This document shows positions 41,638 through 49,743 of a stretch of DNA of 64,000 nucleotides, one piece after another. The notes below the pieces were generated by a model. It had not been told where the DNA came from. It was given only the letters and a program-made list of their open reading frames with translations, and did no database searches. The translations under genes and the position numbers were made by a program. The stretch comes from a virus (taxonomy: Duplodnaviria; Caudoviricetes). The DNA is taken from IMG/VR virus record IMGVR_UViG_3300011008_000023, positions 1 to 64,000 of that record; one strand, 5' to 3'. Positions within the stretch are counted from its first letter, which is position 1. Each line of letters begins with the position of its first letter.

Positions 41638-41795
41638 TTTTCTGGCTGTATTGAAATAATTTCCTTAATATCCCAGTACTCTTCTTCAACAAGTTCTTTT
41701 GCTTGGTTGTGGTTGTCTGCCATAACCCAAACATGAGATAAATCATTAGTATCATCTATATAAGATATATAGAATCTTTTCTTATGATTTTTCAT
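41634..41795 (-). CDS. Small hypothetical protein (53 aa), missing from the ORF track
   Basis: MKNHKKRFYISYIDDTNDLSHVWVMADNHNQAKELVEEEYWDIKEIISIQPEK; fills the gap exactly, with an ATGA overlap with thyX. Confidence 0.75.
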   Translation of the reverse strand: MKNHKKRFYISYIDDTNDLSHVWVMADNHNQAKELVEEEYWDIKEIISIQPEK

Positions 41796-42174
41796 CTTTA
41801 AGATAGTCTTCAATTAGTTTAAATGTAACATACTCAGTAAGATATGCTGCAGATTCACATCCTTCAATACCTGTGGTATCAATAATTTTATCTGCAGCAT
41901 GTCTACCTTCATGAATTAACGTTGATACTAAAGTTGGTATATCTTTATGAGGAAAGATAACTATTATAGATATGAGTTTACCAAGATTGTAATGACACAC
42001 TGCACCACCATAGGCCTCATCATCTATCATAGTGCTTATGTTTTCAATATCTTCTTCTCTCATTCTTAAATTATGCATCTTCTTGATTACTACAGATTTA
42101 TCCTCATAATTTTCAACCAATATAGTAATAACTCTCCACTTGTAATAAGGAACTTTAATTTGTTTTACTTTCAT
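41782..42174 (-). CDS. Hypothetical protein with HExxH (zincin-like) motif
   Basis: LIHEGRHAA followed by E..AY, typical of small phage metallopeptidase-like proteins. Confidence 0.55.
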   Translation of the reverse strand: MKVKQIKVPYYKWRVITILVENYEDKSVVIKKMHNLRMREEDIENISTMIDDEAYGGAVCHYNLGKLISIIVIFPHKDIPTLVSTLIHEGRHAADKIIDTTGIEGCESAAYLTEYVTFKLIEDYLKDEKS

Positions 42175-43123
42175 CTTTTAGTGTTAAAACATAACCCATG
42201 TTACTTTCTTCGATAGCTTCAATTTTCTTATTAAAGCCTATAAGGGAATCTCCCTCCCTAAGGAAAGGGCCTCCCTCAGGGTCTACAGAGAAAATGTGGT
42301 TATCGAGAAAACTAACCCCAATATAATTAAGAGCCATATCATCACCCTTCAGTACCCATTTATCTTCATTGAAATGCTCAAGATAAACATTTGAGCCATA
42401 TCTGTTCTTTAAACCAATTATGGGTTTATCCACATATTTAGCTTCAATATTACCTTTATCAATTACGAGGTACTGATAGGGCATATTATCACATAACCAA
42501 ATATCAGTCTCTTCTTCAAACTCTTTTGTGGAGGTTATCCTTGCAACTGGTGTGTGTCCAACTACCTGAGTATAACCTTGTAAGGCATCCTTCATTAATG
42601 CCTCAGGTCTTATCCAAACGCAAGATTGTGTAATAGAGTTCCCATTATAGTCAAAGGGACTATCTGGTATAAAACCAAATTTCTCACAAGGAGCTATTAA
42701 GTTAATATCATTTAAATCCTTACTTTCAAGATTTAGACTATTAAGCCAAGTTTTTGATATACCAGCATGGGAGAATATGATATTATCATATACATATACC
42801 CACTGAGTATTATCAAGGAACCTCTGTTTATTAGCTTTCTTAGATAACCAATCTTGAACTTTATGGAAGAGCCCACTGCATTCTGCCCAATCGTAACCAA
42901 GATGTTGTAAGTCGTGATTACCCCTAAGTAGTATTACAGTATCGGGGTTTTCTTCTTTATAATCAAGAATATCCTTTAAGTTATCTATTTGCTCTTGCTC
43001 AGTAAACTTTTTGTGTGTAGAGACATAGTCTCCTAAGAAAATGAGCAAATCATACTCTTCTTTTTCAACTACTTTCTTCCATGAAGGGTTTCCATGAATA
43101 TCTGCTATTGCTACAATTTTCAT
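42155..43123 (-). CDS. Calcineurin-like metallophosphoesterase
   Basis: DIHG, GDYV, GNHD, HAG and GHT motifs. Confidence 0.9.
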   Translation of the reverse strand: MKIVAIADIHGNPSWKKVVEKEEYDLLIFLGDYVSTHKKFTEQEQIDNLKDILDYKEENPDTVILLRGNHDLQHLGYDWAECSGLFHKVQDWLSKKANKQRFLDNTQWVYVYDNIIFSHAGISKTWLNSLNLESKDLNDINLIAPCEKFGFIPDSPFDYNGNSITQSCVWIRPEALMKDALQGYTQVVGHTPVARITSTKEFEEETDIWLCDNMPYQYLVIDKGNIEAKYVDKPIIGLKNRYGSNVYLEHFNEDKWVLKGDDMALNYIGVSFLDNHIFSVDPEGGPFLREGDSLIGFNKKIEAIEESNMGYVLTLKDESKTN

Positions 43124-43881
43124 AATACTACTTCTTCTTTTTTACGTTTAATATCAGATACTGCTGCATAATATTCTTCTTTATACTCTTTTTTAATATA
43201 TTCAGGTCTTAAAGCAAAATATTTAATATCTTTACCATCTTGATTCCACATTTGCCAGATACCAGTAAGTTCTATGGTTTCCCTTAACTTTCCTGATTTA
43301 TTCTTATAAGCATGGTTAAGAATAGATTCCCAATAGTGGTTATCACAGCTCATAGTATCGTGATAAGGACTATGAAGAGTTAAAGATAATGATAATCCAA
43401 AAGCACTGATAGTAAACTGAGGAGGAAATTCATATCTTACATCATCCCACTTAATCTTCCAACCAAGGTCAAAATTACCGAGATAGAACCTTGTCCATAG
43501 AGGAAGTTGAATAATTGGTGGTATCCAACTAAGATGCCATCTTTTAAGCTTCTTCCTAATGTTCCTATTCCATACATATTGACCTGCTTTTAACTTACCT
43601 GGAAGTTTATGTTTAGGTACCCAAGAGTAACATTTAGTTGAATACTCTTTATCACCACATTTATAGGTAGAAGTACCACTTTGTATCATCACAGCATCTT
43701 TTAGTAGATGACAATACTTACTAAGATGTTTACGTCTACAAACATATATTAAGGCACCCATTCTCCATGCAGGTAGGTTTGGGTCATTACGCCATTTACC
43801 AAAGTAAACCTTGAGAGAAGGCTTAACAAATACTTGTTTAGCCTTCTCCCAAGTGTTATACAGTTTAATTATTTTTCCCAT
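43120..43881 (-). CDS. Hypothetical protein (basic, Trp-rich)
   Basis: 253-aa ORF overlapping both neighbours. Confidence 0.6.
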   Translation of the reverse strand: MGKIIKLYNTWEKAKQVFVKPSLKVYFGKWRNDPNLPAWRMGALIYVCRRKHLSKYCHLLKDAVMIQSGTSTYKCGDKEYSTKCYSWVPKHKLPGKLKAGQYVWNRNIRKKLKRWHLSWIPPIIQLPLWTRFYLGNFDLGWKIKWDDVRYEFPPQFTISAFGLSLSLTLHSPYHDTMSCDNHYWESILNHAYKNKSGKLRETIELTGIWQMWNQDGKDIKYFALRPEYIKKEYKEEYYAAVSDIKRKKEEVVL

Positions 43882-44183
43882 CTTTCAGCAAATCCATAAT
43901 TCAAAGAAAACCAAGGGAAATAATGCTTCTCTACATATTTTTTGGAGTGGTACTTAGGCTGCCAATGATAAAAGTGTTCGAGATAATAGGCTTTCCACTG
44001 GTTATACTGGTCTTTATCAGCAAATTCATACTGTGAAAACCAGTCTCTATTCTCAGGGAGTTGTGACCATGCAGAAAGTTCTTCAAAGGTATCCCAATGA
44101 AGGGAACTTCCTATAATCTCAAACTCTTTATTTATACAATCTAGTACAAATTGTTTGTCACTTATTTTAATTACTCTAGCCAT
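43869..44183 (-). CDS. Hypothetical protein
   Basis: 104-aa ORF in a tightly packed operon. Confidence 0.6.
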   Translation of the reverse strand: MARVIKISDKQFVLDCINKEFEIIGSSLHWDTFEELSAWSQLPENRDWFSQYEFADKDQYNQWKAYYLEHFYHWQPKYHSKKYVEKHYFPWFSLNYGFAERWEK

Positions 44184-44185
44184 AG

Positions 44186-44596
44186 TTAGTAAGAATCATA
44201 GAAGAATGCAGAATCTTCTGGATGCTTTTTGAGATAGTTTTCAAGCCACATCAGATTTAATAGTATCTGAAGTTCACTGTCAGCTCTTTCATCATAGGTC
44301 CAGATAGAATCAGACTCTTCTTCATAAGTCTTTGGATTGAGAAGCTTCCATATACCTCTACGTATAGCTGGTAAATCTTCAGCCTCAACAGGATATCTTC
44401 CACCATCTTGTCCAGCATGAAGAACACCTAAGATAATACCTCTGATATCCCAGCATTTGCGCCAATAAGCTACTTGGAACTCACCATTCTCATCAACATC
44501 TTCCTGAGAATCAATCCACCAAGCATCCTGCTCAGGGAAATTCTCAGGAACTTTCTTATTACTCAATTTGAGTATTATTCCATTATCTAGACCCAT
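44186..44596 (-). CDS. Hypothetical phage protein (MGLD...YWRK...YDSY family)
   Basis: The MGLD start, YWRK and terminal Y.S pattern are common in small phage proteins. Confidence 0.65.
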   Translation of the reverse strand: MGLDNGIILKLSNKKVPENFPEQDAWWIDSQEDVDENGEFQVAYWRKCWDIRGIILGVLHAGQDGGRYPVEAEDLPAIRRGIWKLLNPKTYEEESDSIWTYDERADSELQILLNLMWLENYLKKHPEDSAFFYDSY

Positions 44597-44963
44597 TTTG
44601 TTCTTTCTCCTTATCTTTTAAAGTCTTGTTTAACTTCAGAACTAATGCAACTATCTTAGAGGTAAGTTGTGCAAAAGAGTATGAACCACTATCCATTATT
44701 TCACTAAACTCAGGACTATTCATTACATACTCAGTGTAAGAGTGCATACTACAAAGCATAGGAATATCCACCATATCAGGTGCATCTCCTACCTTATACA
44801 GACCTTGAAGATAATGGTCTACATTAGTGTATCCATAAGAATGGTCAGTATGTCTTACATACCAAATACCATCAGGTAGATAATCTTCGTCATATCTTAG
44901 ACCAAATGGTTTATACCTATTACCATCCTTATAATAAACATTATTGTCTTTCATTCCTCTCAC
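44583..44963 (-). CDS. Hypothetical protein
   Basis: 126-aa ORF, coupled to neighbours. Confidence 0.6.
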   Translation of the reverse strand: MRGMKDNNVYYKDGNRYKPFGLRYDEDYLPDGIWYVRHTDHSYGYTNVDHYLQGLYKVGDAPDMVDIPMLCSMHSYTEYVMNSPEFSEIMDSGSYSFAQLTSKIVALVLKLNKTLKDKEKEQNGSR

Positions 44964-44966
44964 AAC

Positions 44967-45314
44967 CTATTCTTTTATACACTCAATTTCATCAACATGC
45001 CAGCCAGACAGGTCGTCTGCTGCTTTAAGATTAGCTCCAATGTCTACATAAAGAGAAGCATCTTGTGGTAAAATAACCTGCTCTTCCACTGCTGCAAGAA
45101 GATTAGTATCTGAGAAATCTATATCACGAAAACACAAACCGTCTTCATCTACACCTTCATCAGCAACCTCATAGTCTTTCACTTTTACTGTGACTGTTTT
45201 ACTAAGAGTAATACTGACAGTGACATCAATCTCTACCTCAGGATTTTCTATCATATTCCAAGGAGCTTTTGGGTCTTCTCTTGCACCTAGAGGGTAATCA
45301 CCTAAACTAGTCAT
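44967..45314 (-). CDS. Hypothetical acidic protein (YPLGA..DP.APWN motif)
   Basis: 115-aa ORF overlapping the upstream gene. Confidence 0.6.
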   Translation of the reverse strand: MTSLGDYPLGAREDPKAPWNMIENPEVEIDVTVSITLSKTVTVKVKDYEVADEGVDEDGLCFRDIDFSDTNLLAAVEEQVILPQDASLYVDIGANLKAADDLSGWHVDEIECIKE

Positions 45315-45528
45315 TGTTAATTATTTCTTTAAATTTATTAAGATACCAAATTGCTTTTTCAATATCTTCAACGCATTTGCCTTTATGACAACATCTCCAG
45401 ATATATTTGAAAGCATTCAATTTACAAAATGATGCAACTTCAGCAGTTCCATATGCACCTATCATTGCATCAATACATTCCATTCCATTACTCTTATAAT
45501 GAGAAGGATGATTTACAGAATCATTCAT
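45307..45528 (-). CDS. DUF3310 family (T7 gp1.7-like) protein
   Basis: VNHPSHY...ECID...NAFKYIWR...K...EDIEKAIWYL signature. Confidence 0.85.
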   Translation of the reverse strand: MNDSVNHPSHYKSNGMECIDAMIGAYGTAEVASFCKLNAFKYIWRCCHKGKCVEDIEKAIWYLNKFKEIINND

Positions 45529-45851
45529 AATTTAATAAATTTTAAACCATAATCCTTTTCTAAAACTTTCTTAACAGGAATCCAGTAGGTACGAGAATCT
45601 ACTCCCCACCAATGCCCTTCATTAGGATGTAGATATTCATGTACTTTACTCCTAACTCTCCAGTTATAGCGGTCATAGAATGCTTTAACAGCCTGCTCCC
45701 TAGTTTTAAAAAACATCTTACCTCCTATAGTAAGAATTTTACCAGAGATAGTAATAGCCCAACCCTTCTCTTGCCCATTAATTGTACTATTTTGAAATAA
45801 GTCACGCACGAAGGAGGGTGTTATAAATCTTTCAATATTGTCTACAGACAT
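45525..45851 (-). CDS. Hypothetical protein
   Basis: 108-aa ORF, ATGA overlap with the next gene. Confidence 0.6.
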   Translation of the reverse strand: MSVDNIERFITPSFVRDLFQNSTINGQEKGWAITISGKILTIGGKMFFKTREQAVKAFYDRYNWRVRSKVHEYLHPNEGHWWGVDSRTYWIPVKKVLEKDYGLKFIKL

Positions 45852-45853
45852 AA

Positions 45854-46000
45854 TTATTTAGACTTTATTGCTTTAATAATTTGAATAAATGGAGTTGTTA
45901 ATGCTAATATAATAAATGCAAAGCAACTTAGCAACAGCTCTAGCAATTTCAGTGGTATTAGTATTAACAACTCCAATAAATCTTCACACCAAGATTTCAT
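45854..46000 (-). CDS. Small hydrophobic (membrane) peptide, 48 aa, missing from the ORF track
   Basis: MKSWCEDLLELLILIPLKLLELLLSCFAFIILALTTPFIQIIKAIKSK; ATGA overlap with the polA stop; fills the gap. Confidence 0.6.
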   Translation of the reverse strand: MKSWCEDLLELLILIPLKLLELLLSCFAFIILALTTPFIQIIKAIKSK

Positions 46001-46242
46001 TTATGTACCCAATAATGTTCTACTGTTGGTTTAGCAGGAATTGGTAGTGATTTACAATACTTTGCAGCAGATGCACTCATTAATGATGCTAGTATTTTAG
46101 GAAATTCTTTTAGCTCTTCTGGATATTCACAATTAATTTCATCATGGACTACTGCACAAAGCTTAACTTTTCCAAACATATTATTATCAACTATCCAATT
46201 AAATAACTGGGTCATAGCGTCTTTCATAATGATAGCTCCGGT
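45997..46242 (-). CDS. polA: DNA polymerase family A, exon 2 (contains motif C)
   Basis: TGAIIMK...VVHDEINCE continues NSPTQG of exon 1 in frame; spliced product is 687 aa. Confidence 0.92.
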   Translation of the reverse strand, partial: TGAIIMKDAMTQLFNWIVDNNMFGKVKLCAVVHDEINCEYPEELKEFPKILASLMSASAAKYCKSLPIPAKPTVEHYWVHK

Positions 46243-46507
46243 CAATAATGTTACCTCTGAGGCTCTTTATCCTCAGACTCAATAGATTCCTTTTCTCTAC
46301 TGTTCAGACTATATCTTAACACATTTTTACAAAAGGCTTGGAGCTCTTTGTAGTTAGCACAATGTGTTCTCCCTTTTCTTGGTACTTTACTATCCTATAA
46401 GGATTCCATGTACTAGTCGTTACACCTTCTTAATATTACTATTAAGCTTGGCTCGGTATTAGCATCTCAGCCTTCACCGAATTTAAGGAGTTTAATCAGG
46501 GCCACCG
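46243..46507 (-). ncRNA. Group I self-splicing intron (265 nt, no homing endonuclease ORF) in polA
   Basis: 5' exon ends in U (CAGGGT) and pairs with the IGS GCCCTG (U.G wobble). Intron ends in G. P (AAATTCGGTGAA), Q (AATACCGAGC), R (ACGACTA) and S (AAGATATAGTC) elements present. Removal restores the PolA frame. Confidence 0.92.
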
Positions 46508-48325
46508 ACCCTGAGTAGGAGAATTAAGGGCATACCTATCATATTTACTTGCAGCCTGAAAATGATTTCTTACCATTACAGCAATTTCATCTCCAGTGCC
46601 TTTATGATTCTGCCTATAATCTTCCCAAAACTTTTCATTAAAAGATGATTGCCTTTCTTTCCATTCTTCCCAATCCCACCAGTAGACTTTATGTCCAGTA
46701 ATAGGTGATATTACTACATACCCATTTTTTCTGACAAATGCACTACCTTTTTTAACAAAGGCAGTTCTACCTGAGAAGAATTTATTTAGGTCATCTATGT
46801 ATTTCTGAGCTTGTTCTTCACTACAACCTGCTGATTTTGCTATTGTAGGTGCAGCAGCACCAAACAAATATGCAAATTCAACTCCTTTAACTTTATTTCT
46901 CCATTGAGGAGCTTTCTTATCTACTTCTAGCGCAGAGGTACAACCACACTCTTCACATTCTTTTCTAAATACTGCCCACGCAAACATTGCATGTGTATCT
47001 CCAGTTCTCTCTGTGAATTCTTTCTTCATTTCGGTGTCATTGTATATATCTGCACCTAATCTAGATTCTTCTGCAGAGAAATCACAAGACACAAACATAT
47101 TACCCTCCTCAGATACAAAGCATGCTCTAGTTTCAGCATCATGGGGAAGTTGCTGTAAATTTACATACTTAATATCTTTGAGGTGTTTGTATTTTGCCAA
47201 ATCTTTATTTGAGCCCCCTCCAGAAGACATCCTTCCAGTAGCTGCACCTATTTGCTTAAATGTAGTATGTAATCTACCAGTCTTTGGATTAATCAAGTCC
47301 AAATGACCTTGCCCATAAGTTCCTACTACTTTAGAAGCCTCTTTATAATTAAAATATAATTTAAGAAACTCATCATTAATACCTTTCTGATTAGATAACT
47401 CTTTTTCAAGAACAGTATCTTTATCTTCACCTGTTTTTTTGTCTTGAGTAGAAGTATTAAATCCTAATTTCTTAGCTATTTTGATTACCTGTTGAGAAGA
47501 GTCCCAATTAACAGAACATTTAGGAGTTAAATCAAATCCTGTAAATAAATATCCTTGAGTATCAACATATGTGTATTCTTCAAATTGTCCAGAATCAATA
47601 ATAAATTGGTCAAGAAGGGCCTTTCTTTCAGCAAGATTCTTTTGGTCTTTCTCCATTTTGGCTTTCCATTTCTTCTCATCTAATTTGATTCCACACCATT
47701 CAAGATATGCCATTGCTGGTACTGCTGCACATTCTAATTGAGCACCTACTATGCAACCTTTACGTTTACATTCGAGAAATTGTTTATCTGCTATATCTTC
47801 TAGATAGACAACATCTCCTGCAGCATATTTAATAACGCTACTATCTAAACCTCTCCAAATAATTTCACCTCTAACAGTTTTGTCTATATCAATATTTAAA
47901 TATCTCATAGCTATTTCTTTGAGAGAGAAGCTTACTCCTCCATAATTTCCATAAGAAGGATATCCTAGATACAATAATTGTTCAACAATCATAGTATCAT
48001 ATATCTTTCTAGGCTTTATATTATAATTGTAAAGGAATTGTAAATCAAACTTTGCATTTTGAAGAATAAGCTGTTTAGTTTCAAGTACTTCTTTATACTC
48101 TTTTATACTAATATCAGCACAATCAACGACAATTTGATTACCGGCAGCTCTATTTCCAAATTGTGCACAAAGTAAATCACATAAATGAGGGTCTCTACCA
48201 GAGGTTTCAGTATCGAATTGAATAACATTCCAATCTTTCATCATATTTAAAGACTCTTCTACAGTGATGATTTTATAATCAGAATGTTCAAACAACTCTC
48301 TATTTAAAGAGACTAAATAAATCAT
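46508..48325 (-). CDS. polA: DNA polymerase family A, exon 1 (3'-5' exonuclease plus polymerase motifs A and B)
   Basis: Exo DTET, NAKFD, YAAGD; ATGRMSS, NLQQLP, motif A DFSAEESR, motif B RNKVKGVEFAYLFG; ends at NSPTQG. Confidence 0.95.
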
Positions 48326-48825
48326 TATCTATATGCTATTAATTCTTTGAAATCAAGAATATATTTATATTTCTCAAAGAAGCGATTACCTATAATACCA
48401 TGTAACTTTATACCACTTTCTTTCTCTATTGCACCAAATGCAGAAGAGAGATTAACTGCACCAAATTCTTCCTTAAACTTTTGGTCTTTATAGCCAATCT
48501 CAATCATATAATGGTGAGTTTCTATACCACTTCCTTCTACACCAAAGGTATTTGAAGATGCATTTAAATCTTCTGCTTCAATGTCCTTTAGTACATCTTC
48601 GTTAATATAAGATATATTACTTCCAGTATCTAATAGAAAATGTAATTTCTTATTATCTTGATAAAAAGTTACAATTGGTAACTCAGTCAAATCCAAACCT
48701 TCTTTAAAAGATATTTTAGTTTGTTCTTTACTCTTATTCCTGTTATAGTAACTCCAATTAATATAGAGTATAATTGTCCACATAACTACAAGGGAAAGAG
48801 TAATAATTAAATCTAATCCTTTCAT
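48325..48825 (-). CDS. Membrane-anchored retropepsin-like aspartyl protease
   Basis: N-terminal TM helix; FLLDTGSNISYI catalytic motif; GIIG motif. Confidence 0.85.
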   Translation of the reverse strand: MKGLDLIITLSLVVMWTIILYINWSYYNRNKSKEQTKISFKEGLDLTELPIVTFYQDNKKLHFLLDTGSNISYINEDVLKDIEAEDLNASSNTFGVEGSGIETHHYMIEIGYKDQKFKEEFGAVNLSSAFGAIEKESGIKLHGIIGNRFFEKYKYILDFKELIAYR

Positions 48826-49274
48826 TTTCCTGTACTACCAAATCCACCACTCCCTCTCTCAGTATCAGATAACTCTTCTACAGACTCAAAGCTAAGTGCT
48901 TCTGCGTCTCCAAGTTTAATTTGAATAATTCTATCTCCTACTTTGTATCTTGGCATATTAGGCATAACATGATAAAATATAGCACATACTTCACCACGAT
49001 AGCCCTCATCAATAGTGCCTTCACAATTTGATAGAATCATTCCTGTCTTCCATACAGAACTTCTAGGTCTAATATCAATACTGAGATTGAGGTCTTTCAC
49101 ATCATAAATAGCGTTTGTCCTATCAATCTCAATAGCAAAACCTAATCCATACTTCCATACATTAGGAGCAATCTCCTCAGCACTCGTTGCTATACAATCA
49201 TAACAAAAATCCGAATTATGTCCTTTACTAGGAATAACAGCATCTGGATGTAGTTTCTTAATTTTAATTCTCAT
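48822..49274 (-). CDS. dut: dUTPase (trimeric)
   Basis: RPRSS, GTIDEGYRGE, GDRIIQ and RGSGGFGSTG motifs. Confidence 0.95.
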   Translation of the reverse strand: MRIKIKKLHPDAVIPSKGHNSDFCYDCIATSAEEIAPNVWKYGLGFAIEIDRTNAIYDVKDLNLSIDIRPRSSVWKTGMILSNCEGTIDEGYRGEVCAIFYHVMPNMPRYKVGDRIIQIKLGDAEALSFESVEELSDTERGSGGFGSTGK

Positions 49275-49743
49275 TATTGTTTGTCCAAAATTTATAAGTT
49301 ATATCATGAAATACCAAACCTTCTTTAGCATAAAACCTTTGATTTGTAGTATTTGATGTAAGAGGTCCTAAAGATTTAATATAAGGACCACTCTTTACAA
49401 AATCAAATGTTATATATGTCGGTCTATCTATAGAAGATGGTATCCAGTTTAAACCCGTGTACCAAGCTACCTTTAGCCTATGATTATTCTTTATGTGTTC
49501 TGCAAGAGTACATAGAGAAGGAATGTCATTATCTCCTCCTAAAAAACAAACACAAGTAATACCACTATTAGATTCAATCATTTTATCTAGTAGTTGAGTG
49601 GTTAGTACTGTGCCTATATCTTCTTGTAAATAAGATGAGTGGCAACCCTCACACTTATGGGGGCAGCCACTCAAGTTTATACATAAAGATATTTCATCAG
49701 GGACTTCCTGAAAGGTAACTTTAAAATCTACAAACTTTAACAT
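49264..49743 (-). CDS. nrdG: Anaerobic RNR activating enzyme (radical SAM)
   Basis: CPHKCEGCH (CxxxCxxC), GGD, WYTG and TTNQR motifs; adjacent to nrdD. Confidence 0.93.
   Translation of the reverse strand: MLKFVDFKVTFQEVPDEISLCINLSGCPHKCEGCHSSYLQEDIGTVLTTQLLDKMIESNSGITCVCFLGGDNDIPSLCTLAEHIKNNHRLKVAWYTGLNWIPSSIDRPTYITFDFVKSGPYIKSLGPLTSNTTNQRFYAKEGLVFHDITYKFWTNNNEN

Noticed and set aside
46496-46507. polA as a pseudogene, frameshift or intein-containing gene
   Set aside because: The interruption is explained by a group I intron with correct splice-site pairing. The TTG start of the 82-aa ORF is just the last three bases of the intron.
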